This document shows positions 37,503 through 48,600 of a stretch of DNA of 64,000 nucleotides, piece after piece. The position numbers and the translations under genes are program-made. Origin of the DNA: Planctomycetota bacterium. Its GTDB lineage: Bacteria; Planctomycetota; UBA1135. The notes under the pieces were generated by a model. It was not told where the DNA came from and did not search any database. It was given only the letters and a program-made list of their open reading frames with translations. The DNA is taken from NCBI GenBank assembly GCA_003696625.1, contig RFGR01000023.1:8298-72297 (forward strand), read 5' to 3'. Within the stretch, counting starts at the first letter, position 1. Every line of letters begins with the position of its first letter.

Positions 37503-39938
37503 CTACTCCCCCCGTCGCCTGGCCAGGACCAGACCGCCGATCGGCGGCACGTCGAGGATCAGGTCGCCGTCCCGCGCCGCCCAGCTTCCGCCGGCCCCGT
37601 CCAGGCCGGGCAGCTCCAGCTCGGTCCGCCAGCCGGCGGTGTCCAGGCCGAGGGCCGCCAGGTCCCGGCCGGCCAGGCGCAGCCGCGCCGGCCGGTCGCC
37701 GGCGCAGAGGGCGACCAGGACTTCCTCGCCGCCGAGGCGGCGCAGGAACAGCCACAGATCCTGGGCGTCGTCGGTGCGGACGGTACGGAACTCGCCTCGG
37801 CGCAGCGCCGCCCAGCCCCGGCGCAGCGCGATCGCCCGCCGGTAGAACGCGAGGTGCTCGCGCTCGACCCGGTTCTCCCGCGGTCGGGCGTAGGGCTCGA
37901 GGTCCGCCCACAGCATCGGCTTGCGACAGTTCGGGTCGTCCGCCCCCCACATGCCGACCTCGTCGCCGTAGTAGATCATCGGCGCCCCAACCGATGTCAT
38001 CTGCAAGAGCGCCAGCAGCCGCACCCGCTGGTAGTCCTCCGGCCGCGGCTTCGAGTTGTCGTAGCGCGGGTTGTCGTCCTGACACCGGTTGAGGCGATCG
38101 TAGTCGCGGTCCGGGTTGCGCATCATCGACGCCACCCGGTCGGTGTCGTGGCTGTCGAGCAGGTTCTGCAGCACGTAGGTCGCCTCGGCCGGGTAGGACA
38201 GCCGCAGCGCCGCCAGCCGCGCGGCGCACTCCGAGGCCGGGATCTTGCGCTCGCGATGGCCGATCCAGGCGATCGCCGCCCGCGCGAAGGGATAGTTCAT
38301 CACCGCGTCGAAACGACGTCCGTCGAGCCAGGCGCTGGCGTCGTCCCAAACCTCGCCGGTCAGGTAGGCGTCGGGGTTGATCGACTTGACCAGCCGCCGC
38401 CACTCCTCCCAGAACGGCCCCGGCACCTCATTCGGTACGTCCAGGCGCCAGCCGTCGATGCCGTCGCTCGGGTCGCCGTCGCCGTCCGGGTCCATCCACC
38501 GGCGGGTGACGGCGAAGATGTGCGCCTTCAGGCTCGGGCTGGCCAGGCCGTCCGGGCTCTTGGCGAACTCGGGGAGCTGGCCGAAACCACCCCAGCCGCG
38601 GTAGCGGAAGGGCTCCCAACTCTCGACCGCGAACCAGTCGGCGAAGCGCGAGTCCTTGCCCTTGGCCCGCACGTCGCGGAAGGCCGGGTGCTGCTCGCCG
38701 ACGTGGTTGAAGACTCCGTCCAGGATCACCTTGAAGCCGCGTTCGTGGGCCCGGCGCAGGAAGGCGAGAAAGGCCCGGTCGGCGGTCGTCCACTCCCAGG
38801 TCGAGGGGTCGAGCAGGTCCTCGCGCGCCGCCACTTCGGCGTAGTCGTCGCCACCGCCGTAGAAGTCATCGACGTGGCGGTAATCGGTGGCGTCATACTT
38901 GTGGTGGCTGGGCGCCTGGAAGATCGGGTTCAGATAGAGGGCGTTGACTCCCAGCTCCTCGAGGTAGTCCAGCTTCTCGGCCAGACCGGCCAGGTCGCCG
39001 CCGTATCGGCGCTGGAAGACCGCCCAGCGGTAGAAGGTCTGGCCGCCGGCCCGCTCGGCCGGGGTCAACTCGAACCAGTCGCCGGTCCAAGGCGGCGCGC
39101 CGGGCGGGTCGTGGGCCGGGTCGCCGTTGCGGAACCGGTCGACCAGGACTTGGTACCAGACCGCGTCCTTGGCCCAGTCCGGGGTGCGGAAGACGGGCCC
39201 GGCGGCGGGCTCGAGGCGGTAGGTGGCGGGATCGCTCACGCGGGTGTCGCCGTCGCTCAGGACGAAGGTGTACTCGGACGGGGCGGCCGCCGGCAGCACG
39301 GCCTCCCACAGGGTGGCGCGGCGGTCCTCGAACACCGGCGCCATCGCCGCCGAGGGCCCGTCGCGGAAGACCGCCTCGACCCCGGCGACGTCGTGGGCCA
39401 AGGTGCGGTAGCGCAGCAGCACCCGGCCGCCGGGCAGGCGCTGGAGGTCGCGCGGCCGGGTCGGGTCGTGGCCCAGCGCCGCCGCCTCGATCCGGCCGTC
39501 GCCGACCACACCGTCGGAGTCCTCCAGCCGCGCCAGCCGGCCGAGGGCGAGGACCGAATTGAAGCCGGAGTGGCCGTCGTCCTCGCGCTCGGGATTGCGG
39601 GGATCCGGATACCAGTCGCGGCCGTCGACGACGAACTTGTAGAGCCAACGACCGGGCTGCAGCGGCACCGTCACGCGGAAGACTCCGTCCCCGCCCCGAC
39701 TCATCGGCGTGGCGGTGGGGTTCCAGCCGTTGAAACTGCCGGCCAGGAAGACCCCTTCCGCGCCGGCGGGCGGGTCGAAGGCGAACTCAACCCGCAGCAG
39801 CCCGTCCGGGCGGGACTCGGCCCGGATCGAGGGCGGCAGGTCGGCCGGCAGGGCCGCCGCCGCCGGCTGCTCGAGCGGCGGCGCCGGCGGCCAGACCGGC
39901 TCCTGAAGGACCGCCAGGAGAAGGGAGAGGAGCGCCAT
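37503..39938 (-). CDS. GH13 alpha-amylase-family enzyme (neopullulanase/cyclomaltodextrinase-like) with an N-terminal CBM48-like domain
   Basis: VFLAGSFNGWNP...YKFVVDG (CBM48). DAVWYQVLVDRFRNGD, GVNALYLNPIF, LDGVFNHVG, DGWRLDVPNEV, LTGEVWD and LLDSHDTDR (GH13 regions I-IV). Confidence 0.85.
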   Translation of the reverse strand: MALLSLLLAVLQEPVWPPAPPLEQPAAAALPADLPPSIRAESRPDGLLRVEFAFDPPAGAEGVFLAGSFNGWNPTATPMSRGGDGVFRVTVPLQPGRWLYKFVVDGRDWYPDPRNPEREDDGHSGFNSVLALGRLARLEDSDGVVGDGRIEAAALGHDPTRPRDLQRLPGGRVLLRYRTLAHDVAGVEAVFRDGPSAAMAPVFEDRRATLWEAVLPAAAPSEYTFVLSDGDTRVSDPATYRLEPAAGPVFRTPDWAKDAVWYQVLVDRFRNGDPAHDPPGAPPWTGDWFELTPAERAGGQTFYRWAVFQRRYGGDLAGLAEKLDYLEELGVNALYLNPIFQAPSHHKYDATDYRHVDDFYGGGDDYAEVAAREDLLDPSTWEWTTADRAFLAFLRRAHERGFKVILDGVFNHVGEQHPAFRDVRAKGKDSRFADWFAVESWEPFRYRGWGGFGQLPEFAKSPDGLASPSLKAHIFAVTRRWMDPDGDGDPSDGIDGWRLDVPNEVPGPFWEEWRRLVKSINPDAYLTGEVWDDASAWLDGRRFDAVMNYPFARAAIAWIGHRERKIPASECAARLAALRLSYPAEATYVLQNLLDSHDTDRVASMMRNPDRDYDRLNRCQDDNPRYDNSKPRPEDYQRVRLLALLQMTSVGAPMIYYGDEVGMWGADDPNCRKPMLWADLEPYARPRENRVEREHLAFYRRAIALRRGWAALRRGEFRTVRTDDAQDLWLFLRRLGGEEVLVALCAGDRPARLRLAGRDLAALGLDTAGWRTELELPGLDGAGGSWAARDGDLILDVPPIGGLVLARRRGE

Positions 39939-40036
39939 CGGGGCAGCCGAATCTAGCCGGTCCGGGCGGAAATCCACCGCCGGCGGTTCGGTCCCGCGGC
40001 GTAACATCGGTTTCCGGGACTTCCCAAAGATCGAAC

Positions 40037-42379
40037 ATGCCTTCCCGCGCCCGCCTCTTTCTCTCCCTGGCCGTCGTCCTGCCGGCGGCCGCCCTTCCGG
40101 CCCAGGATTCCCCGGCCGCCCACATGCCGTCGGACTCCTTCTTCTACGCCGAACTCGACCCGAACGCCCTGGACGCCGGGATCCACCAGCTCGACCTGGT
40201 CCGGCTGGCCGAGGATCCCGAGTTCTACGACTTCCTCCAGCCGCTCTTCGCCACCCTCGAGGCCGATCCGGCCCGGCCGGTGGATTCGCTGCTCGAGCGG
40301 GTTCCGGTCGGCGAATGGCTGGCCGGTCCGGCCGCGGTCGCGATCCGCGGCGCCCACCTCTGGATGCAGCGCCCCGACGGCGGCGAGACGCGGATCGCCG
40401 TCTCGCCCGACGACCCGCTCTCGGCCCGGGATCTATTCGATCTGGGCGGCCTGGCGGCCGCCCATGAACTCGACCAGCGCACGCTGCCGCCGGAGGAGCT
40501 GGCCGCCCGCTGGGATTTCGATCGGCTCGGCTGTGAGTTCGGCATCGACGGCGTGGCGGTTCTCGAGCCGGGACCGGCGCTGCGGGAGCTGGTCCAGGCC
40601 TTCCTGGCCGATCCCGGCGACCTCGCCGCGGCCATCCACGACATCCACGACGACGACATCGACGGCCGCCGGGTCACCCACGTCTCCTTCGAGTTCGAGC
40701 GCGACGGCGCCCTCGCCAGCGACCTCTACGCCGACCTGAACGGGCCGCGCTGGATCCTGGCCACCAATCTCGAGCTGTTCCGGGCCGCGGTGGAGCCCGA
40801 TCCGGACGATTCCCTGGCCACCGACCCGGCCTGGCTCCGGGTCCGGGAGCGGGTCGCGGCGGGGCGGACGCCCTTCTTCGTCTTCAGCCGCGACTACGGC
40901 GAACTGAGCCTGTTGCGCGGCTTCCTGCCGCCGATCCTGGCCGAGGCGGGCGACATCCTCGGCTGCGGCGGGACCGTCGGCAGCGGCGTGGCGCTGTCCC
41001 TGACCGAGGGCGGCATCCGCGAGAGTATCGGCGTCGTCCTCGATGGCGAGCGACGGGGCTTGATGCGTCTGCTCGACGCCTTCCCCGGCGGCATCGATCT
41101 GGCCGAAGCCGCCCCGGCCGGCGTGGCGGGCCTGGTGTCCCTGAAGTTCGACCCGGCCCTCCTCCACACCCGGCTGCTCGAAGTCGCGGACGAGATCCTG
41201 CCCGGCACCGCCGCCTCCCTGCGCCGGCTGCTGGCCGACGCCGCCGCCGAGGCCGGCTTCGACCTCGAGGGCCGGCTGCTGCGGGCCTTCGGCGACGAGA
41301 TCGCCTGGGTCCAGTTCCCGCCGGTCGGCCCGGTGGTGCCGGACTGGCTGCTCTCCATCGAGGTGCGCGACACGGCGGCCGCCCGCGCCCTGGTCGAGCG
41401 GCTGCTGGCCGACGCGGTCGAGCATGGCGCCCCGATCCACACCCAGCCGACCGAGGTGGAGGGAGCCGCCGCGGCCTGGCGGATCGCGATCGAAGAGGCG
41501 CCGATCCTGCCCCCGACCCTGGCCCTGGCCGAGGACCGACTGGTGTTGGCCGCGCGCGCCGACCTGGCCGCCGACGCCCTCAACCGCTGGGGCGAGGATC
41601 CGGGCGCCACGGTCGCCGCCAGCGAGAACTGGGGCCGGACCCTGCGCGGGCTGACCGGCGGCGGCGCCGATGACGTGATCCTGCTCGCCTACGCCGACCT
41701 CGGCGCGATCGCGCCGCCGGTCCTGGCGCTGACCCTCGGCTTGATTCCGCCCGAGTTCGCCGACGCCGCCGCGGCGCCGGAACCGGCCGCCTTCGGCGAG
41801 CGCCTGGGCGGCGCCGCCGTCGCCCTGCGCAGCAGCCCGGACGGCTTCTCGCTCGACACCTTCAGTCCGTTCGGAGTGTTGTTGCCCTCCTTCCTGGCGC
41901 TCGCCGCGAGCGGCGAGGTGCACCTGCCGATCGAGGAGCGCCCCGACGAGGAAGAGGTCGTTCTTGCGCCCTGGTCCGAAGCCAACACCTGGAACCAGGA
42001 GGCCTGGTACTCGGTCCGCTACGCCGGCGCCCCGGCCGAGCAATACGCCAGGGGACTGGCGGCGGCGAAGCGGGCGGTCGAACTCCAACCGGACAATCCC
42101 TGGTATCTGAACACCCTCGGCGTCGCCCTCTACCGGAACGGACACTACGAGGAGGCGCTGGCCACCCTGACCCGAAGCGACGAACTGAACCACGCCAACG
42201 GCATCGGCTACGATCCGGCCGGCGACGCGCTGTTCCAGGCCATGTGTCTGTGGCAGCTCGGCCGGCAGGAGGAAGCCCGCCAGCGCCTGGCCGAGTGCGA
42301 GGACCTGGTCGGCCCCGACAGCGACGAGGAGACTCTCACCTTCTGGGAGGAGGCCAAGGGGCTGATCCAGGCCGACTGA
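40037..42379 (+). CDS. Secreted hypothetical protein with C-terminal TPR repeats
   Basis: Signal peptide MPSRARLFLSLAVVLPAAALPAQ. The large N-terminal region has no motif I recognise. C-terminus has PWYLNTLGVALYRNGHYEEALATL (TPR). Confidence 0.6.
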   Translation: MPSRARLFLSLAVVLPAAALPAQDSPAAHMPSDSFFYAELDPNALDAGIHQLDLVRLAEDPEFYDFLQPLFATLEADPARPVDSLLERVPVGEWLAGPAAVAIRGAHLWMQRPDGGETRIAVSPDDPLSARDLFDLGGLAAAHELDQRTLPPEELAARWDFDRLGCEFGIDGVAVLEPGPALRELVQAFLADPGDLAAAIHDIHDDDIDGRRVTHVSFEFERDGALASDLYADLNGPRWILATNLELFRAAVEPDPDDSLATDPAWLRVRERVAAGRTPFFVFSRDYGELSLLRGFLPPILAEAGDILGCGGTVGSGVALSLTEGGIRESIGVVLDGERRGLMRLLDAFPGGIDLAEAAPAGVAGLVSLKFDPALLHTRLLEVADEILPGTAASLRRLLADAAAEAGFDLEGRLLRAFGDEIAWVQFPPVGPVVPDWLLSIEVRDTAAARALVERLLADAVEHGAPIHTQPTEVEGAAAAWRIAIEEAPILPPTLALAEDRLVLAARADLAADALNRWGEDPGATVAASENWGRTLRGLTGGGADDVILLAYADLGAIAPPVLALTLGLIPPEFADAAAAPEPAAFGERLGGAAVALRSSPDGFSLDTFSPFGVLLPSFLALAASGEVHLPIEERPDEEEVVLAPWSEANTWNQEAWYSVRYAGAPAEQYARGLAAAKRAVELQPDNPWYLNTLGVALYRNGHYEEALATLTRSDELNHANGIGYDPAGDALFQAMCLWQLGRQEEARQRLAECEDLVGPDSDEETLTFWEEAKGLIQAD

Positions 42380-42410
42380 GCGCCGGCGCCCGCTACCTTG
42401 AGGGGGTCGG

Positions 42411-44807
42411 ATGACCCTCCGCCCCCTCCTCGGCGCCCTTCGCTGGACCCTGGCCGCGGCGGCCGCGGTCCTCGTCGTGTGGTCCTTCGCCCGCGTTATC
42501 GGCCGCGAGCTGAAGAGTCCCACGGCCGCCGACGGCACGGTCGAGCTGACGGTCATGCACTGGTCCGGCGAGGGCGGCCAGGAAGAGGACCGGATCGTCG
42601 AGGGGCTGCTGCGCGCCTTCGAGGCCGAGCATCCGGGCGTGCGCGTGCGGCGCATCAATCCGGGCGACACCGGCAGCTACTACACCAAGCTGCAAACGAT
42701 GATGGCCGCCGGCGAGCCGCCGGACGTCTTCTACGTCGGCACCGAGCGGCTGGCCTCCTTCGCCGCCGCCGGCCTGCTGGCGCCGGTCGAGCCCTTCCTG
42801 GCGGAGGACGCCGCCGCCGCCGACCCGGCCGCACTCGACCTCGCCGACTTCTATCCGGCGACGGTCGACGCTTTCCGCTTCGACGGCCGCGTCACCGGCC
42901 GCGGCCCTCTTTACGGCATTCCCAAGGACTTCACCACCGTCGGCTTCTACTGGAACGCCGATCTCTTCCGCCGCGCCGGCGTGCCGCCGCCGGCGCCGGA
43001 CTGGACCTGGGACGACTTCCTGGCCGCCGCCCGCGCGATCGGCGACCTCGAGGATCCCGACGGCTCCCGCCCCTACCGCGGCGCCGAGTTCGTCACCTGG
43101 CCGACCATGGTCCGGCTCTTTCTGCGCACCTGGGGCGTCGATCTGGTCGATCCCGACTTCCGCCGGCTGCGCTTCGACGAGCCGGAGGTCTTCGCCGCCC
43201 TCGACCGGCTGCGATCCTGGCGCCACGATGAACCCCGCACCCTGACCAGCGGCAAGTCCCGGGTCGCGGCCGGGGCGAGCGTCTTCCGCACCGGCCGGGT
43301 CGGCATGGCCGGCCCCTTCGGGCGCTGGGTCGTGCCCGGCTACCGGCAGATCGAGGGATTCGAATGGGACTTCGCGCCGCTGCCGCGGGCGCCGGGGCGA
43401 CCGCCGGAGAACGTGGTCCTGACCGTCGCCTGGGCGGTCTCGAGCCGGAGCCGCCACCCGCGCCGGGCCTGGGAGTTGGTCCGCCACCTGTGCGGCCCCG
43501 AGGCCCAGGCCGCCGCCGCCCCACTCGGCCTGGCTGTGCCGACCCTGCGCGCGGTGGCCGAGAGCCCGGCCTTCCTTGACCCGGACCGGGCGCCGGCCAA
43601 CGACCGCGCCTACCTCGACCAGGCCGAGTACGCGCGCACGATCGACTGGCCGGCCGATCCCAAGTTCGAAGCGCTGCTCGGCTCGCGCCTGGACCAGGCC
43701 CTGAAGACCGGCGACTTGCCGCTGCCGGCGGCGATCGACGCCTTCACCGCGGCCTGGGAGAACGAGATCGCCTCGCCGTTGGCGCGCGGCGGCTTCCCGC
43801 CGATGCCGTGGGACCGGATCGTCGCCGTCACCGCCGGCCTCGGCGGCGCTCTCCTCCTCTTCGGCCTGGCCTGGTGGTGGCGGCGCCGACCCGGCCGCCT
43901 GGCTCTGCGCGAGGAGCTGGCCGGCTGGTTGGTGATCTCGCCCTGGTTGATCGGTTTCCTGGTCTTCCTCGCCTTCCCGATCGGCCTGTCCCTGCTCCTC
44001 AGCCTGGCCCGTTGGAACGGGGTCGCAGGCCTCGATCGGGCCGAGTGGGTCGGCCTGGCCAACTACGCCCAGCTCCTCGGCCACGACGACCGCTTCCGGG
44101 TCTGCCTGCGGGTGACGGCCTACTACGCGCTCCTGGCCGTGCCGCTCGGCCAGGCCTTCGCGCTGGGCGCGGCGCTGCTGATGAACCAGCGCGTGCGCGG
44201 GATCGGTTTCTTCCGCGGCGCCTGGTACCTGCCGAGCGTGCTGGCCGGGGTCGGGGTGGCGGTGCTCTGGCGCTGGGTCTTCGACGGCGATCACGGCCTG
44301 CTCAACGCCGCCCTGAGGCCGCTGCTCGCCCCCTTCGGGCTGACTCCGCCCGACTGGTTCGGCGCCGACGCCGCCTGGTGGGGGCCGCCGGCCTTCGCCC
44401 TGATGAGCCTGTGGACCGTCGGCGGCTCGATGATGATCTACCTGGCCGGCCTCAAGGGCATCCCGCGCGAGCTGTACGAAGCGGCCGAGATCGACGGCGC
44501 CGGCTGGTGGCGCCGCTTCCGCTCGGTCACCCTGCCGATGCTGTCGCCGGTGATCTTCTTCAACGGCATCATGGCGGTGATCGGCAGTTTCCAGGTCTTC
44601 ACCCAGGCCTTCGTCATGACCGGCGGCGAGCCCGGCGACCTGACCCGCTTCTACGTCCTCTACCTCTACAACCAGGCCTTCGAGTTCTACGAGATGGGCT
44701 ACGCCTCGGCCCTGGCCTGGCTGCTCCTGCTCGTCACTCTGGCCCTGACCCTGGTGGTCATGCGCGGCTCGAGGCGGTTCGTCCACTACGAGGCCCTGCA
44801 GTCGTGA
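42411..44807 (+). CDS. Carbohydrate ABC transporter: membrane-anchored solute-binding domain fused to a MalF/UgpA-type permease
   Basis: aa 1-470 form an SBP family-1-like region (LTVMHWSGEGG, YYTKLQTMMAAGEPPDVFY, IPKDFTTVGFYWN). A TM helix follows, then a permease with the EAA-like loop YEAAEIDGAGWWRRFRSVTLP. Confidence 0.8.
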   Translation: MTLRPLLGALRWTLAAAAAVLVVWSFARVIGRELKSPTAADGTVELTVMHWSGEGGQEEDRIVEGLLRAFEAEHPGVRVRRINPGDTGSYYTKLQTMMAAGEPPDVFYVGTERLASFAAAGLLAPVEPFLAEDAAAADPAALDLADFYPATVDAFRFDGRVTGRGPLYGIPKDFTTVGFYWNADLFRRAGVPPPAPDWTWDDFLAAARAIGDLEDPDGSRPYRGAEFVTWPTMVRLFLRTWGVDLVDPDFRRLRFDEPEVFAALDRLRSWRHDEPRTLTSGKSRVAAGASVFRTGRVGMAGPFGRWVVPGYRQIEGFEWDFAPLPRAPGRPPENVVLTVAWAVSSRSRHPRRAWELVRHLCGPEAQAAAAPLGLAVPTLRAVAESPAFLDPDRAPANDRAYLDQAEYARTIDWPADPKFEALLGSRLDQALKTGDLPLPAAIDAFTAAWENEIASPLARGGFPPMPWDRIVAVTAGLGGALLLFGLAWWWRRRPGRLALREELAGWLVISPWLIGFLVFLAFPIGLSLLLSLARWNGVAGLDRAEWVGLANYAQLLGHDDRFRVCLRVTAYYALLAVPLGQAFALGAALLMNQRVRGIGFFRGAWYLPSVLAGVGVAVLWRWVFDGDHGLLNAALRPLLAPFGLTPPDWFGADAAWWGPPAFALMSLWTVGGSMMIYLAGLKGIPRELYEAAEIDGAGWWRRFRSVTLPMLSPVIFFNGIMAVIGSFQVFTQAFVMTGGEPGDLTRFYVLYLYNQAFEFYEMGYASALAWLLLLVTLALTLVVMRGSRRFVHYEALQS

Positions 44808-45664
44808 GTCGCCGCCGCCGCCGCCTGCTCCCCTACCTGCCCCTGGCGCTCGGGGCGGCGGTGATGCTGTTCCCGCTCTGGTGGATGCTGGTGATCAGCC
44901 TCGAGACCCCCGGCCGGGCCGGGGCGGCCGCCGCCGGCGGCGGCATCGACTGGTTCCCGGCCGACCCGCAGTGGCGCAACTACGCCGAGGCCCTGGCCCA
45001 GCTCGGCACCCGGCGCTGGCAGGGCTTCCTCGACGCCTTGGCCAACTCGGTGGTCGTCACGGCGCTGACGGTGGTCGGTCAGGTGCTGTCCTGCAGCTTG
45101 GTCGGCTACGGCTTCGCCCGCATCCGCTTCCGCGGCAGCCGGCTGCTGTTCGTGGTCATGCTGGCGACCATGATGCTGCCGCCGCAGGTGACGATGATCC
45201 CGCTGTTCCTGCTCTTCCGTAGCCTCGGCTGGGTCGACACCATCCTGCCGCTGGTGGTGCCGGCCTTCTTCGGCAACGCCTTCTTCATCTTCCTCTTCCG
45301 CCAGTTCTTCGCCCAGGTGCCCGAGGCGCTGGTCGAGGCCGCCCGCATCGACGGCTACGGCCACCTCGGCATCTGGTGGCGGGTGATGCTGCCGCTGTGC
45401 CGGCCGGTGATCGCGATCTGCGCCGTCTTCACCTTCATCTTCGCCTGGAACGACTTCCTCGCCCCTTTGATCTACCTGCACGGCGAGGAGCAGGCCACCC
45501 TGGCCGTGGCGCTGAACTCCTTCCGCAACCAGTACGGCGGCTTGGAGGACGTCCACCTGCTGATGGCGGTCTCGATCGTCACCATGGTGCCCTGCATCGC
45601 CCTGTTCTTCGTCGCCCAGAAGCAGTTCGTCGAGGGGCTGGGCAAGGGGGCGGTCAAGGGCTGA
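44804..45664 (+). CDS. Carbohydrate ABC transporter permease (MalG/UgpE-type)
   Basis: GTG at 44804 overlaps the upstream stop (GTGA). EAA loop VEAARIDGYGHLGIWWRVMLP. Six hydrophobic segments. Confidence 0.85.
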   Translation: MSRRRRRLLPYLPLALGAAVMLFPLWWMLVISLETPGRAGAAAAGGGIDWFPADPQWRNYAEALAQLGTRRWQGFLDALANSVVVTALTVVGQVLSCSLVGYGFARIRFRGSRLLFVVMLATMMLPPQVTMIPLFLLFRSLGWVDTILPLVVPAFFGNAFFIFLFRQFFAQVPEALVEAARIDGYGHLGIWWRVMLPLCRPVIAICAVFTFIFAWNDFLAPLIYLHGEEQATLAVALNSFRNQYGGLEDVHLLMAVSIVTMVPCIALFFVAQKQFVEGLGKGAVKG

Positions 45665-45679
45665 CCGCCCCGGGCCGCC

Positions 45680-48600
45680 TCAGCCCGCGGGCGGCGCCAA
45701 CTCGCGGCCGCCGAGGAAGACCTCGCCGGTCCGCCCGTGGATGGTCAGGACCTCGCCCTGGCGCAGTTCGACCGGCTCGCCGCCGCCGGGCGGCATGATG
45801 CGGGCGCCGCCGCCGGGCCGGATCTCCAGTCCGTTGACGCTCATCACCGCCGAGTAGGAGCGGCCGACCAGGCCGTTGGCGGCCACCGCGGCGTGGGCGG
45901 TGGAGCCGCCCTTGACCGTCATCAGCCCCTGGGCGGAGAGGATGAAGGGGATGTCCTCCGGCGCCGGGTTCTCCAGCACCAGCAGCACGCCGTCGACGTC
46001 CTCGCGCTCGGCCGCGACCGGTTCGAGTTCGGCCAGGCCCTCGGGGCTGAAGGCGACCAGACCGCGGAAACCGCCGCCGCAGACGCCGATGCCGCGGGTC
46101 AAGGGGTCGCCCGGATCGACCAGCTCGCGCACGACCTGGCCGATGCCGGCGGCGGCGGTGCGGCACTGGAGCACGGACAGCACCCCGCGCTCGACCGTGA
46201 ACTCGACCTCCTGGTCGGTGCCGAAGAAGCGGCGCAGCTTGGCGACGATATGGCGCAGCCGCGCCTCGAGCAGCGGCATGGTCTCGTCCAGGCTCGCGAT
46301 CGGCAGGAAAGAGCGGGTGACGCCGCCGACCAGGTCCTCGCCGGCGGCCGAGAACTTGATGTCGCCGACCAGTTCGCGCAGACCGCGTTCGTCGATCCGG
46401 GTGCGCGAGACGACCCCCGTCAGCGAGGCGGCGGCCTCGTCCATGCCGGGCCGGATCTCCTCGTTCGGATAGTTGCCGAAGGCCATCTCCTGGACCACCA
46501 CCGCCGTATGCCAGGTGTCGCAGTAGTCCTTCAGCTCGCGGTAGCGGCGGGTGGTCTCGGCGTCCCAGGAGGCCAGCACCGCCTCGACCGCGGCCAGGAG
46601 CTGACGGCGCGGCTCGGCCAGCAGCCGATCGAGTTCCTCGCCGTGGCCGGCGTCGCGGATCGCCGCCTCCATCTGATCGGCGACCTCGCGCAAAGCCTCC
46701 CAGGGCAGGTCGGACTTGTTGGCGACCCCGTAGCGCTTCTTGGCCGCGTCGACCAGGCCGTGCGTCTCCAGGTCAAGGCGCCAGAAGTCGAAGGCGAGAG
46801 CGCCGAGGAAGCGCCGGTAGCAGTCCCAGGCCCGCCACGGGCCGTCCTCCTCACGGGCCAGACGCTCGGTGATGGCCCGGTTCATGCCCAGGAAGAGGAC
46901 CGTGTCCAGGATCCCCGGCATCGAGAAGACGCTGCCGCCGCGGACGGCGAGCAGCAGCGGCGACTCCTCGTCGCCGAGCCGGCGGGCGACGCCGTCGCGG
47001 CGCTCGAGGTCGGCCTCCAGCCGCTGCAGGTGCTCCTCGACCAGCTCGGCCAGGTCCGGCCCCCGGCCGCGCCGCCGCGCCCGGCCGATGGTGGTCGGCA
47101 GCACGAAGCCGTCCCGGGTCGGAATGTTCAGGTAGGAGATGTAGAGCAGGCTCGAGCCCTTGCCGCCGTAGTAGTCGCGGACGCAGCGCCCGCGCTCGTG
47201 GCGTTCGATCTCGGCCGCGATCGCCGCCCGATCGGACAGGTGCAGCACCGGCGCCTCCGGCAGCGGCCCGCCGTTGCCGGCGCAGGCCGCGCCGGCGCCG
47301 CTCTCGCGCAGCCAGGCGCCGGCCAGGTCGGCGAAGGCGGCCATCGAGTTCAGGTCGTGCATGTAGCGCTGGAGGTTGGCCAGCACCCCGCGCAGCCGGT
47401 CGGGATCGAGGCCGAGCTTCTCCCGCAGCGCCTCGAACGGCGCCGTCACCCGCTGCAGGACCATGTGGTAGCCGCGGCTGATGGCGCCGAGGGCGTTGAG
47501 CAGCTCCTTGCCGCCGCGTCCGGGCGCCGCCAGCAGTTCGGCCAGGTCGGCCAGGTCGCGGCTCTGCAAGCCGGCGAAGCGCAGGTTGTGGGCGCAGAGC
47601 CGGATGACCTCGAGGCACTGCTCCAGATCGACCCCCTGCTCGGCGAAGCGAGCGGCCAGGTGGCGCAGGCTCAGGTAGCCGATCTCCTCGAGCAGGCAGT
47701 CGAGTTGGGAGGCCAGGAAGGCCTGGAGGCGGAAGCCGCCGCCGCGGCGCGGCTCGATCAGGGAGGCGCGCAGCTCGGCGAGGCAGCGGAAGGCCTCGAA
47801 CCACTCCCCCTCCTCATAGAGACCGACCGCGCGTTCGAGATCGTGGAACAGTCCGTCCTGATGGACCGCCCGGACCCCGGCCGTGAAGTCGGCGGCCGCC
47901 TGCTTCAGGCGCTGCTCGGCCGCTTCCGGGTCGAAGCCCTCGACCTCGGGGTGGCACCGCTCGAGTTCGGCCAGCTCGGCCAGGAAGGCGGCGCCGGGGC
48001 CGCCGTCGGCGGCGAACTCCTCCGCCTTCTCACGCAGGATGCGCAGGTGGTGGAGATAGGACCAGCGGTTGCGCTCGCGGATGCCGTCGCTGACCAGGGC
48101 CGCCACCTCGTCGTCGACCAGGTGGCCGAAGCGGCAGCGGAGCAGGGCGTCGGCGTAGGTCTCCTGCCAGGAGCGCAGGCGCTCGACCACCTCGGCCTGG
48201 CCGAGCAGCCGGGCCAGGTCGTCGACCAGCACCTCCATCAGACCGCGCACCTGCGGCAGCGACCTGGCCCGCTCGTCGGCCGGGCCGGGCGCCGGCAGGC
48301 CGACGGCGGCGAGCGGCGCCGGATCGCCGTCGGCCAGCCAGGATCGGTAGGCCTTGACCATCTCCAGGGTCCGGTCGCCGAGCGCGTGGTGGCTGCTGCG
48401 CCGGATCTCGTTGACGATGGCGCTGCCCCGCACCTGCACTTCGGCCAGGTCGATGGTCGCGTTCCAGACCCGGTCGATCACCTTCGGCTGGCCGAGCAGG
48501 GCCGACAGGTTGCGGACCATGACCCGGGTCAGGAAGGACAGCCGATGGCAAAGCGGACCCTCGAGGAAGCGGGAGAGTTGCCGTTCCAGGTTGCGCAGTT